From the NCBI RefSeq assembly GCF_001194135.2, contig NC_068987.1, positions 4,464,318-4,504,645 on the forward strand: DNA of 40,328 bases. The letters are read 5' to 3'. This stretch comes from Octopus bimaculoides. Taxonomy: Eukaryota. The position numbers were made by a program, and so were the translations under genes. The notes beneath the pieces are model-generated. The model saw only the letters and a list, made by a program, of their open reading frames with translations. It did no database searches and was not told the DNA's origin. How positions within the stretch are numbered: position 1 is the stretch's first letter; every line of letters starts with the position of its first letter. This document shows, in pieces, positions 1-11,429 of this stretch.

Positions 1-119
1 AGGAACATAAATTGTGACTAAGGTTTGGTGGAAGATTTTAATTCAAAACTTATGAAAACAAGACATTTGTACTACAGAGCCAGAGGTGGTTTCAGCCAGG
101 CTGGTATCAAAAGGGTTAA
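1..119. mobile_element. 3' part of a piggyBac-like MITE, copy 1 (truncated by window start)
   Basis: Ends in TGGTATCAAAAGGG (102-115) + TTAA (116-119). This is the reverse complement, with 1 mismatch, of the CCCTTTTGTTACCA terminus at 147-160. Bases 1-113 align with 253-366. Confidence 0.65.
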
Positions 120-142
120 GAATTGTTTCTCTATTATATATT

Positions 143-370
143 TTAACCCTTTTGTTACCATATTTATTTTGAGATGCTCTGTGTTTCTTTCAATTACTTT
201 AAATATAACAAAGAATTTAGTAAAATAACCTAGTTATCATTAAGTTAGTGTTAGGAACATAAACTGTGACTAAGGTTTGGTGGAAGATTTTAATTCAAAA
301 CTTTTTGAAAACAAGATATTTTTACTACAGAGCCAGAGGCAGTTTCAGCCGGATTGGTAACGAAAGTTAC
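143..370. mobile_element. piggyBac-like MITE, copy 2 (~220 bp)
   Basis: Left end is TTAA (143-146) + CCCTTTTGTTACCA (147-160). Right end TGGTAACGAAAG (355-366) is followed by TTAC, so the terminal GG is lost. A TTAA site and CCC-starting TIRs are piggyBac hallmarks. No ORF. Confidence 0.65.
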
Positions 371-519
371 TATGTCCTTAACTGACACAATCCAAGTCTC
401 CAGAAATTCTAGATTTTCTTTTCATCTCCAATCCTATCGTTTGGCCGACCAGCACAGTATCTCCCCCATTGAATTGGCTGATTATTTCATCCCCCTCATC
501 ATCATCATCATCATCATTG

Positions 520-700
520 TTGTCATCATGTTAATGCTCACTTTTCCGCACGTGCATGGATCAGATGGTATTTATTGAGGTAGATTTTCTACAGCTGGAT
601 ACCTTTCCAGTCACCGACCCTCACCTGTTTCCAAGTAAGGTAATATTCCACCACCCCCACTTCATGGCTGGACATGTTTTTGCAGAATTTTAAAATGAAT
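520..700 (-). mobile_element. Fragment of the abundant element that ends in a (GAT)n tail (tail family C)
   Basis: (CAT)n followed by a degenerate 'ttaatg..ttttccgcacgtgcatgg...ttctacagctggat..cttcc' block. The same block recurs at 3815-3965, 20845-21075, 28520-28660 and 37110-37275, and on + at 29050-29180 and 35934-36040. Confidence 0.6.
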
Positions 701-844
701 ATTAGGGTCTCATCCATTGTCTTGTATTTCAAGATCCTCTGCATGACCTCCTGCAAGTTCAAAGCCAGGAATCTGATCTGTTAGGCCCTGCTGATAACTA
801 AATCCACACCCTGCTGCCGATGCTTTGATCTGTTGTCATTAGGG

Positions 845-965
845 TTTTGTCTGTCTCCTACCCTTCGACCAGTCTGGCCTGGTAAGACCTGCCTGAAGAT
901 TTCTCTCCCTCCAGCATAGCTCTTCGAGTCAATGGAGCGCACAGGCACTTCACCGCGACAATGTA
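845..965 (+). mobile_element. RTE-clade LINE 5'-UTR-like fragment
   Basis: 'ctacccttcgaccagtctggcctggtaagacctgcc...ctccagcatagctcttcgagtcaatggagcgcacaggcacttcaccgcgacaatg' resembles recalled RTE 5' ends. Recognition only, not aligned. Confidence 0.4.
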
Positions 966-1764
966 CTTGTTGAATTAGCCATTGACTACACAGTAAATGC
1001 TACTGGTAACATGTAACCCAACACAACCTGTCACATGGTTGGGTCGTTGGCGCCTAAACTGGCAACAACCCCATCAAGCTTGCTTGGTTGCTTGCATGAT
1101 TGTTGGACACCCTGCAGGACAAAAAAATAAGACCCGTCAAAGAATTGAATAAATAAGAAAACTAATAGAAAAAAATAATATAAGTTCTGTGGTCAATTGG
1201 TCAATTTGACTAAAGCCCTTCAAGGTGGTACCCCAGCATGGCCACAGTTGGAACCAATTTTCCATTATTCTGCTAAATGGATTGATATGGAAATGTATGA
1301 CCACCACATATTCCTATTCTTTCTTGCCATTGATGGCATCTATGCAATTTGTCACAATCTTGTCGGAGACTCTCAGACTCTCTCATAAAAAGACAAACAA
1401 ACAAAAAAACACAAGCTGCTGCTGCTGCTGGTGTGTATCTGTATACATTGATTTTATCACCAACATTATTATAATCATCTTTCCCTGGGTGGTATATCTG
1501 TTATCAACACTGCCATCGTCATCACTACCATTGCTATCAATAAATATTTGGCATGAGGATAAATGCCACTGCCATTATCATAGTCACCAATAGTAACACT
1601 ATGAAATGGCAGCAGCAGCACTACTATTGTATCCTTCACTAATAATTCTACCATTATAGCCATTGCCACTAACAACATCGACACCACCCAACAATCATCA
1701 ACAGCAGCATCACCATTGCTAATAGTAAAGGTATTATTATGTATACCATTAACATCACCATCAA

Positions 1765-2275
1765 TGTGGTGACTTGATCAGCTAGAAATAGCAGCCAAAT
1801 CACCATTATAACTAGCCAGCACTGTAAATAACAGGTTGCTTCAATGTGGTCAGTCAACCAAGAAATAGCAGCCAAATCATCCTCAAATGATACCCCCTTT
1901 CACTGTTTTTTTTTCTTTAAAATAGGAAGGATACACAAAGTAGTCTTAGATAACTCGAGAAGAGTTGGAATGGTTAAAGCTGATGGATCATAGACCTGCT
2001 TGATCAGGAATGACCTAGGGCTAAACAAAAACGATACTGAACAACAAGGTATCAAGCTGTATCTAATGTAGTTACTGCACCCGCTAGAAATAACAACCCA
2101 ATATCCCTCAAATCTTACTTTATTGTCTTGAGAAAAGAAAGGAAGACATTGGATGTTGTAGTCCAAGGTATATTTCTACTATGAATGTGTTGGTGGTCAT
2201 GGTGAGAATGTCTTGTGATCATGGGTTTGTCCAGTCAAGTCCGGCCTTGGGTTAAACAACAACAACAGCAACAAT
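1765..2275 (+). mobile_element. Two adjacent copies of a dispersed repeat (family F: 'ctgctagaaatagcagccaaat...ggggctaaacaacaac')
   Basis: The motif recurs at 11680-11870, 27255-27330 and 29205-29385 (+) and at 8330-8395, 18400-18440 and 19415-19490 (-). Copies end in an (AAC)n or (CAC)n tail. Confidence 0.6.
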
Positions 2276-2340
2276 GTAAGTCCGATCTCCACCATTTTTA
2301 AAGCACTCACTAACACAACCACTGCTGGCATTAAACTCAC

Positions 2341-2407
2341 CACCACCACCATCAGCATCATCATCATTAATGTCATCAACCATCATCACCATCATCATCA
2401 CCATTGT

Positions 2408-2439
<32 letters not shown>

Positions 2440-2560
2440 TAAACATCATCATCATCATCAACAACATCGTTAGCATCAGCGTTGTCGTCACCATCAGCAT
2501 CGTCATCATCAACATCATCATCGTCAGCAGCATCCTCGTCGTCGTCGTCATCACCATCAG
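2341..2560. repeat. Degenerate (CAT)n/(CAC)n trinucleotide microsatellite
   Basis: Seen directly. Source of the poly-M/poly-I ORFs. Confidence 0.95.
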
Positions 2561-2669
2561 CAGGAATGTTTGCAGTGAGGTATGGAGGTCAGAAGAAGCA
2601 GTTCGCTGGATCGAACAAGTAGTTTGCCGATAGAACATTGCAGCATGCCAACAGTGCAAGAGGACTGAG

Positions 2670-3310
2670 TACAGAGAGGGAGAGAGAGAGAGTGGTGGGG
2701 TGAGGTAGTGGATTGGATGGTAGTAGCAGAGCATGGAAAAAAGAAAGGAAAGAATTAGAGAGATTAAGAGAGGAATATGTGTATATGAGGGAGAGAGTAA
2801 TAAAGGTGTGGTGGTGGGGAGGTAGAATGATTAAGTAAGGAAATATTTTGGAAGAATGAGGTGAGGGAGGGAAATAGACAACTGAAAGAAAGAGTATGAG
2901 AGAGGGAGAGAGAGAGAGAGAAGGGAAGTGTGAAGGGGGAAAGTGAGAGAGAGGGGAGAAAGAAAGAAATAAAAAGCTGGAGAGAGAAATAGAAAGTGAG
3001 GGAAAAGAAAAGTGAGAAAGACAAGAATGAGGGAGACACAGAGAGAAAGAGAGGAGGGAGGGAGGGAGATATCAGCAGAGAGAGAGAGAGAGAGAGTGAG
3101 TAATATGAAGAGAAATAGAGGAAAATGGAGAGTAATTGTGATGGAGAGAGAGACTGTGTTTGTTGCAGAAGGAGAGATGGAAAAGTTGCATTCAAGTGCA
3201 TGCACATCTGCACACCCTAGCAGCAGTGATGGCTGGTTAAATACCAGCATTGCAAGAAGAAGAAGAAGAAAGAAACAGCTTCGGCTGCCATATCTGTTTA
3301 GGTTCTGAAG

Positions 3311-3345
<35 letters not shown>

Positions 3346-3529
3346 GGAGAGGGAGAGAGGGAGAGAGGGGGAGAGGGAGAGAGAGAGAGAGGACACTAGA
3401 CATAACAGCAAGGAGGAAGTCAGCTATGCGTTGCAATGAAGATGTGTGGAATGCGATGAGGTCGAAAAGAGGCTGAGTTATGGTCTATTGTTGTCTGTTT
3501 GGTTGTCGGGGCACAAGACAGGGAAACAA

Positions 3530-3567
<38 letters not shown>

Positions 3568-3612
3568 CAGAAGAGAGAGAAAAAGACACAGAAGAGAGAG
3601 AGAGAGAGATGA
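2670..3612. repeat. Polypurine (GA)n-rich tract with two unique islands (~3150-3310, ~3390-3520)
   Basis: Seen directly. Confidence 0.9.
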
Positions 3613-3734
3613 TGATACTATTGTCATAGGTTGTGGTGTTTCACTCCTTGTTCTGTTAAGTCTAGTATTAATGGCTTTTATGATTATGTGTTGGAGGTTT
3701 GTTTTATTTGATGTGCCTTCATTGTTTATTCCTC

Positions 3735-3757
3735 TGTGTGTGTGTGTGTGTGCGCGC

Positions 3758-3818
<61 letters not shown>
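3735..3818. repeat. (TG)n(CG)10(TG)n alternating purine-pyrimidine tract
   Basis: (CG)10 at 3753-3772 embedded in (TG)n. Confidence 0.95.
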
Positions 3819-3819
<1 letters not shown>

Positions 3820-4190
3820 CATCTTCGTCATTTAACATTTAGCTTTCCATGCTGGCATGGGTTGGACAGTTTGACTGGAAACTGGAAAGACCAGGGGCTA
3901 CATCAGGTTCCAATCTGATTTGGTATGATTTCTACAACTGGATTCCCTTCCTGATGCCAACCACTCAGAGTGTAATGGGTACTTATTACGTGCCACTGGC
4001 ACAGGTGCCATTCACCTGACACTGGCATCGGCCACGACTACGGTATCACTTGTCTTGACAGGTCAACACAAGTACAGTATATCACGAAAGGTCTTGGTCA
4101 CTGGCTCCATGAGGCCCAACAATCAGGTGGTGCTTTTTTACATGCCACCACCATGGGTGCCAGTCAGATGGCACTGACATTGGCCACGAC
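3815..4190 (-). mobile_element. Longer copy of the family C/D retroposon
   Basis: 'catcttcgtcatttaacatttagctttccatgctggcatgggttggacagtttgac...ttctacaactggattcccttcctgatgccaaccactcagagtg...gtgccactggcac' is the reverse complement of 35560-36040 without its nested insert. Confidence 0.65.
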
Positions 4191-4198
4191 TGTGTATG

Positions 4199-4244
<46 letters not shown>

Positions 4245-5041
4245 TATATATGTGTATGTCCATGTACATATATATCTATATATNNNNNNNNNNNNNNNNN
4301 NNNNNNNNNNNNNNNNNNNNNNNNNNNNNNNNNNNNNNNNNNNNNNNNNNNNNNNNNNNNNNNNNNNNNNNNNNNNNNNNNNNNNNNNNNNNNNNNNNNN
4401 NNNNNNNNNNNNNNNNNNNNNNNNNNNNNNNNNNNNNNNNNNNNNNNNNNNNNNNNNNNNNNNNNNNNNNNNNNNNNNNNNNNNNNNNNNNNNNNNNNNN
4501 NNNNNNNNNNNNNNNNNNNNNNNNNNNNNNNNNNNNNNNNNNNNNNNNNNNNNNNNNNNNNNNNNNNNNNNNNNNNNNNNNNNNNNNNNNNNNNNNNNNN
4601 NNNNNNNNNNNNNNNNNNNNNNNNNNNNNNNNNNNNNNNNNNNNNNNNNNNNNNNNNNNNNNNNNNNNNNNNNNNNNNNNNNNNNNNNNNNNNNNNNNNN
4701 NNNNNNNNNNNNNNNNNNNNNNNNNNNNNNNNNNNNNNNNNNNNNNNNNNNNNNNNNNNNNNNNNNNNNNNNNNNNNNNNNNNNNNNNNNNNNNNNNNNN
4801 NNNNNNNNNNNNNNNNNNNNNNNNNNNNNNNNNNNNNNNNNNNNNNNNNNNNNNNNNNNNNNNNNNNNNNNNNNNNNNNNNNNNNNNNNNNNNNNNNNNN
4901 NNNNNNNNNNNNNNNNNNNNNNNNNNNNNNNNNNNNNNNNNNNNNNNNNNNNNNNNNNNNNNNNNNNNNNNNNNNNNNNNNNNNNNNNNNNNNNNNNNNN
5001 NNNNNNNNNNNNNNNNNNNNNNNNNNNNNNNNNNNNNNNNN

Positions 5042-5368
5042 GAGCAAATTGACCCCAGGACTTATTCTTTGGAAGCCTAGTACTTATTCTATCGGTCTCT
5101 TTTGCCGAACCGATAAGTTACGGGGACGTAAACACACCACCATCGGTTGTCAAGCGATGTTGGGGGGACAAACACAGACACACAAACATATACACACACA
5201 CATACATATATACATATATACGATGGGCTTCTTTCAGTTTCCGTCTACCAAGGCTTTGGTCGGCCCGAGGCTATAGCAGAAGACACTTGCCTAAGGTGCC
5301 ATGCAGTGGGACTGAACCCGGAACCATATTGTTGGTAAGCAAGCTACTTACCACACAGCCACTCCTGC
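5042..5368 (-). mobile_element. tRNA-derived SINE, family A, near full length
   Basis: Reverse complement of the 11992-12370 copy. A-box rc 'accacacagcca' and B-box rc 'gggactgaaccc' are present. Confidence 0.85.
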
Positions 5369-5424
5369 GAGAACATGCAAGCTTGTAGCTCAGGGTCCAC
5401 TATCTGTATGTAAGCATAATCCTT

Positions 5425-5458
<34 letters not shown>

Positions 5459-5460
5459 TC

Positions 5461-5639
5461 TTTTATTCGTTGGACAAGGGCCATACTGGAGCACTGCCTT
5501 GAAGGAGTTTTCATCAAACAAATTGACTCCAGTACTTATTTTAAAGTCTGGTGTTTATTCTATTGATCTCTTTTATTCAACCACTAAGTTACAGGGACAT
5601 AAACAAACCAACACCAGTTCTTTAGTGGTGATGGTGGAA

Positions 5640-5670
<31 letters not shown>
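5461..5670 (-). mobile_element. SINE family A, 3' half
   Basis: 'ggccatactggagcactgcc...ctaagttacagggacataaacaaaccaacaccag' matches the family body. Confidence 0.75.
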
Positions 5671-5674
<4 letters not shown>

Positions 5675-5679
5675 GTATG

Positions 5680-5898
5680 CAAGGGAGTGCTGAAAAGTTG
5701 CTGGCTTTAAGAGTATCGCAAAAGACCTGGTTGGAGGCCCAACCATCTGAGTTCTTTGACAGGGCTTAGAAAAAACTGAAGGACCCCTGCAATAAGTGTG
5801 TGAAACTGGGATGGGAATATGGTGAATAAAATCATAATTAACTGATCCTCCTCTATTTTCTTTTACCCAAAACCAGAAACTTATCACCACCACCCTTG
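5680..5898 (+). mobile_element. Mariner-derived non-autonomous element (internally deleted, ~220 bp)
   Basis: Imperfect TIRs CAAGGGAGTGCTGAAAAGTTGCTGGCTTT and AAAACCAGAAACTTATCACCACCACCCTTG, the latter followed by TA. Bases 5725-5829 translate TWLEAQPSEFFDRA*KKLKDPCNKCVKLGWEYGE*, which matches the mariner transposase C-terminus (W..QP.EFF..GI.KL..RW.KCV...G.YVE*). Confidence 0.75.
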
Positions 5899-5922
5899 TA
5901 TCTATATATATATATATATATC

Positions 5923-5965
<43 letters not shown>

Positions 5966-6817
5966 TTAATAATAATAATAAGAGTAAAATTAATTAAATC
6001 NNNNNNNNNNNNNNNNNNNNNNNNNNNNNNNNNNNNNNNNNNNNNNNNNNNNNNNNNNNNNNNNNNNNNNNNNNNNNNNNNNNNNNNNNNNNNNNNNNNN
6101 NNNNNNNNNNNNNNNNNNNNNNNNNNNNNNNNNNNNNNNNNNNNNNNNNNNNNNNNNNNNNNNNNNNNNNNNNNNNNNNNNNNNNNNNNNNNNNNNNNNN
6201 NNNNNNNNNNNNNNNNNNNNNNNNNNNNNNNNNNNNNNNNNNNNNNNNNNNNNNNNNNNNNNNNNNNNNNNNNNNNNNNNNNNNNNNNNNNNNNNNNNNN
6301 NNNNNNNNNNNNNNNNNNNNNNNNNNNNNNNNNNNNNNNNNNNNNNNNNNNNNNNNNNNNNNNNNNNNNNNNNNNNNNNNNNNNNNNNNNNNNNNNNNNN
6401 NNNNNNNNNNNNNNNNNNNNNNNNNNNNNNNNNNNNNNNNNNNNNNNNNNNNNNNNNNNNNNNNNNNNNNNNNNNNNNNNNNNNNNNNNNNNNNNNNNNN
6501 NNNNNNNNNNNNNNNNNNNNNNNNNNNNNNNNNNNNNNNNNNNNNNNNNNNNNNNNNNNNNNNNNNNNNNNNNNNNNNNNNNNNNNNNNNNNNNNNNNNN
6601 NNNNNNNNNNNNNNNNNNNNNNNNNNNNNNNNNNNNNNNNNNNNNNNNNNNNNNNNNNNNNNNNNNNNNNNNNNNNNNNNNNNNNNNNNNNNNNNNNNNN
6701 NNNNNNNNNNNNNNNNNNNNNNNNNNNNNNNNNNNNNNNNNNNNNNNNNNNNNNNNNNNNNNNNNNNNNNNNNNNNNNNNNNNNNNNNNNNNNNNGGTGC
6801 TGGATTTGAAGTAAACT

Positions 6818-6860
<43 letters not shown>

Positions 6861-6904
6861 GTGGGACTGTTGGCTTTGAAGCAATTAGGTCATGTGTGTG
6901 CATG

Positions 6905-7006
6905 TGAGATAGATAGACAGACAGACAGGCAGACAGACAGACAGATAGATAGATAGATAGATAGATAGACTGACAGACACACAGATAGATAGACTGACAG
7001 ACACAC

Positions 7007-7037
<31 letters not shown>

Positions 7038-7230
7038 CTGACACACACAGATAGATAGATAGATAGACTGACACACACAGATAGATAGATAGATAGATAG
7101 ACTGACACACACAGATAGATAGATAGATAGATAGACTGACAGACACACAGATAGATAGATAGATAGATAGACTGACAGACACACAGATAGATAGATAGAT
7201 AGACTGACAGACACACAGATAGATAGATAG
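6905..7230. repeat. Compound (GATA)n satellite punctuated by GACTGACAGACACACA
   Basis: Seen directly. Explains the 'YLSICVSV' ORFs. Confidence 0.95.
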
Positions 7231-7280
7231 AGTGGTGCAGGTTTTGAAGTAAGGAAATGCTATAGGTTTATCTGTTTCAG

Positions 7281-7320
7281 GAATATTTTCAAAACCATTT
7301 TGGCTGAATGTGCAAAGTTG
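7281..7320 (+). CDS. Candidate small internal exon (40 nt), product unknown
   Basis: Acceptor tttatctgtttcag|G, donor TTG|gtaaca (moderate). Open as xNIFKTILAECAKL or xIFSKPFWLNVQS. May instead be decayed TE sequence. Confidence 0.25.
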
Positions 7321-7664
7321 GTAACAAGTGGAAGCCCTAACTGCACTTTGCAAGACAAGGGAACTTGTAGAACATGCAATGCATAAAGGCATTCTTTGCG
7401 TTCCTGATAGTCCTTCTGCAGACTTTACTTTTGGTTATGATGGATGCTGTCCTTCAAACTGTGTGTGTGTGCTATCTTGAAACTATGCAGCTGCTACGGA
7501 TGGAGCCATTCGAGAGGGGTTCAAAGTATGTCAAAGGATAATATGTGCTTTATCTGTAACAGATCTGAGAAAGCCTGCTTGGCTAATCTCAGAAGGATTA
7601 GAGACGAAAAACATTTGCTGCCGATGATAGTAGATGTAGAACCAGTTCTGTTTTTGTCCTTTTA

Positions 7665-7852
7665 CTAGTTTCAATCACTGGACCGTGGCCATTCTGGAGC
7701 ACTGCCTTGAAGGGTTTATTTGAATAAAACAACTCTAAGGAGTTTTTAATGTTTTTTTTTTTTTTTATTTGAAGTCTGGTACTAATTCTGTTGGTCCCTT
7801 TTGCTGAACTGCTAAGTTATAGGGGCATAAACAAACCAACACCAGTTGTCAA
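7665..7852 (-). mobile_element. SINE family A, 3' half
   Basis: 'tttcaatcactggaccgtggccattctggagcactgcc...ctgctaagttatagggg...accagttgtcaa'. Confidence 0.75.
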
Positions 7853-8094
7853 ATGACAACATGGAGGTTTATCATCCCTTTTTACATGCTGTCATGGGTT
7901 GGACAGGAATATGAAATGAAAGTAGTTGGTATATATTTTAATAGCAGTTGTTACTGTTATTGGTATTTAGCCCCAAGTGAGCCCTGATTGAGCAGGCCCT
8001 TAATTAAAGAGATTCCAACCCCTTGATTTTCTCAGGGCATTGTGTATATGAAACTATATTATCCAATGTGCCCTTCATTTCTAAAACAATATAT

Positions 8095-8225
8095 TCCTTT
8101 CTACTACAGACACAAAGCCTGAGATTTGGGGAGGGGCAGGAGAGGACCAGTCGATTAGATCGACCCTAGTATGCAACCGGTACTTAATTTATCAACCCCG
8201 AAAGGATGAAAGGCAAAGTCAGACC
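8095..8225 (-). mobile_element. tRNA-derived SINE, family B, 3' part
   Basis: 'cgattagatcgaccctagtatgcaaccggtacttaatttatcaaccccgaaaggatgaaaggcaaagtc' is the reverse complement of 35776-35850. Confidence 0.8.
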
Positions 8226-8409
8226 TATAACCTACAAAGACATTCTGGCCATGACCATTCCAACTATTAATCAGATGTCATGCATCCAGAACCATGTTAG
8301 CCATTGCATGCCTTTCACTCTGTTTTTTTTCTATATCAGAGAGATTTTAGCTGCTATTTCTAGCAGGTCAAGCAACCACAAAGAGGCTGTTTTCATTTGC
8401 CAATAGTAA

Positions 8410-8438
8410 ATAATAGTGGCAGCAGCAGCAGCAACTGC

Positions 8439-8473
<35 letters not shown>

Positions 8474-8699
8474 CAGTAGCAGCAGTAATAGTGGTAGTTA
8501 CTGTAGCAGCAGTTGTTGATGTAGTGGTTTTAGCAATAGTAGTTCATTGATTATTGATCTCGTTTCCCCTGTTGATATAGCAGCAGCAGCAGTTCTGGTG
8601 GTGGTGGGGGGGGGGTGATTGCTATTGATTGATTGATCGTGATTAGAGGAGCAGTGGTGGTGGTAGTAGTAGCTTGGTATTGTGGTTGCAATTGTCATT

Positions 8700-8766
<67 letters not shown>

Positions 8767-8905
8767 AGTGGCAGTGGTGGTGGTAGCAAGTGTATTTGAG
8801 GTAGTATCTTTGGTGACAGGAGTGGTGGTGGTAGAAGTAGTGGTGATGATAGTGGTAGTGGTGTGTTATAGTAGTAATAGTAGTAGTAGTAGTAATAGTA
8901 GTACG
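8410..8905. repeat. (GTA)n/(GTG)n/(GCA)n trinucleotide arrays
   Basis: Seen directly. Confidence 0.9.
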
Positions 8906-9280
8906 ATAACATATAAATTTAATAACAGTTGTTGTTGAGTGCCAAGTCGACCCCTGACCTTTTCGGACCTTATCAGACTAACACTGAAAAAATCATATTC
9001 CACCCAATCAGGACCATCCTGTCTTGGCTTACCTAGGAATATGTCATCCAATGGGTCCCTTCTTTTTCCTAATGCTTAAGGTAGGATTTTGGTTAATTTT
9101 ACCATCTATTTCTAGGAGGGACAAACCATTCTGCAGAAGTTTCTTTAATGATTCAGTAATAGTTACAAGACCAGCAAATTGAGGGGAGGGTGTTAGTTGA
9201 TTCTGTCAGTCTCTTTTGCCAAACTGCTAGGTTACAGGGATGTAAACACTCCAACATTAGTTGTCAAGCAATGGTGGGGA

Positions 9281-9315
<35 letters not shown>

Positions 9316-9784
9316 AAGCTTCCTTGATAATTCAGTGATAGTTACAAGACCAGCAAACTGAAGGAAGGGTGTTGGTTATATCAGCCCAGTATATAACTGC
9401 TACTTTATTTTATTGACTCCTGAAGGGAAGATGAGAAGCAAACTTGACTTGGTGGGATTTGAGCTTAATTACTTGAGTCAGAGTTTAATGAAGGTGACTC
9501 CTTGGCACCTGTGTGGTGAGTGCTTGGGGGTTCACAGGGCCAGTTACTCAATTTCTATGGCATTGAAGTGACTGAGATCACAACATTCTCCTTCAACAGG
9601 GCACCAGTTTGCATGGTGACTCTTTTACAGCCGAGCAGACTGAAGCAACATGGAATAAAGAGTTTTGCTTAAAAACATAAAACACTGCCTGATCTGGGAA
9701 TTGAAATTTTTAGAATTAGATATTATGAGAAATTGTATGAAATATTAAAAAAAATTGTTAAAATGTTTTGTGTCTTGTAGAAGT

Positions 9785-10190
9785 GTACCTAAATTTTAAT
9801 GGCAGAATCTTATGTGGACCCCCACCAAAGGGACCATGTGGACCCTGGTGGAGAAGCATTGAACTAGAACAAACTGGTTTGGCGACATCAAGGAATGGAC
9901 TGAAACCGTAGTATGGCAGCGAATTTGTAAGAATGGCGGAGAAAAAAAGGCAGATGTAGATCCTCAATATTGAACTTTCTGAGAACAGATGACTCCTGAT
10001 GATGATGATGACGATGATGGTGGTGATGATGATGATGATGATGATGACGATGATGATGGTGGTGATGATGATGAAGATGACGATGACGACGATGGTGATG
10101 ATGACGACAATAATGATGGTGATGATGATGATGACAATAATGATGGTGGTGATGGTGATGACACCTGATGTTGATGATGATGGTGATGGC
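9785..10190 (+). mobile_element. Decayed 3' end of an RTE-like LINE with (GAT)n tail
   Basis: Frameshifted translation RIL-WTP-KGPCGP-WWRSIELE ... EWRR resembles the RTE ORF2 C-terminus (W.P.GKR.RGRP..TW.R.IE ... DR.EWR). It runs directly into (GAT)n at ~9998-10190. Confidence 0.45.
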
Positions 10191-10904
10191 ATGGTTTACT
10201 TCAGTGTATGAGAGTGCTTAAGATCAGGTTACCGTTTTTCTCTAGGTCCCAAGTAGCTTTTTAGAATATTAACTATAGCAGCATTGATTTCTTCAATATG
10301 CCAAAGTCTTCAGATTCTTAAGGAGAAGGACGATAGAAGAGTTTGGCGTAATGTGTTTTTCCCAAGTGAATTAGCAATGGAAGTGGAATCCTTCAAAAGC
10401 TAAATTGAAACGAGGCCAGAGAGTCATTAACAATAACGACTTAACACCAGATCACGACATCAATTATAAGTTAAGAGTGTGTGTGTGTGTGTGTGTAAAT
10501 AAATAAATATATATATATNNNNNNNNNNNNNNNNNNNNNNNNNNNNNNNNNNNNNNNNNNNNNNNNNNNNNNNNNNNNNNNNNNNNNNNNNNNNNNNNNN
10601 NNNNNNNNNNNNNNNNNNNNNNNNNNNNNNNNNNNNNNNNNNNNNNNNNNNNNNNNNNNNNNNNNNNNNNNNNNNNNNNNNNNNNNNNNNNNNNNNNNNN
10701 NNNNNNNNNNNNNNNNNNNNNNNNNNNNNNNNNNNNNNNNNNNNNNNNNNNNNNNNNNNNNNNNNNNNNNNNNNNNNNNNNNNNNNNNNNNNNNNNNNNN
10801 NNNNNNNNNNNNNNNNNNNNNNNNNNNNNNNNNNNNNNNNNNNNNNNNNNNNNNNNNNNNNTATATGTATACATATGTATACATATATATATATATATAT
10901 GTAT

Positions 10905-11092
10905 GTATGTGTTTGTGTTTGTTCCCCCACCATCGCTTGACAACTGATAATGGCGTGTTTACGTCCCCTTAACTTAGTGGTTCAGCAAAAGAGTCTGATA
11001 GAATAAGTCCTGGGGTCGATTTGTTCGACTAAAGGCGGTGCTCCAGCATGGCCACAGTCAAATGACTGAAACAAGTAAAAGAATAAAAGAAT
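10905..11092 (+). mobile_element. SINE family A, 3' half
   Basis: 'catcgcttgacaactgat...ggggtcgatttgttcgactaaaggcggtgctccagcatggccacagtcaaatgactgaaacaagtaaaagaataaaaga'. Confidence 0.85.
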
Positions 11093-11429
11093 ATATGCAG
11101 AGAGAGAGAGAGAGAGAGAACGAGTTATGAATTCTATTAACAATTAAATGCCCCACCATCACATGTCACCATAATAAAAGGAATCACCAGTTGTTTTTGA
11201 GAAATTCTTCCAGTTCTAATTTGTTCTTCACAGATATTTCTGGTATTTTTGTTCAGCATTTTTTCTATTGTCCAACACTGTGACTGGTGGGGCTGTGTTG
11301 TGTTATCATCCACCATGTGGGCTGCATGAATAGCAAAGCATCTGTTGTCTGGAATTTAAGTTCTACACAGAAAATTAAGGTACATTGTTGCACTCAACTC
11401 AGCAACGAGGGGTTCTCTATTTTTTGGTA

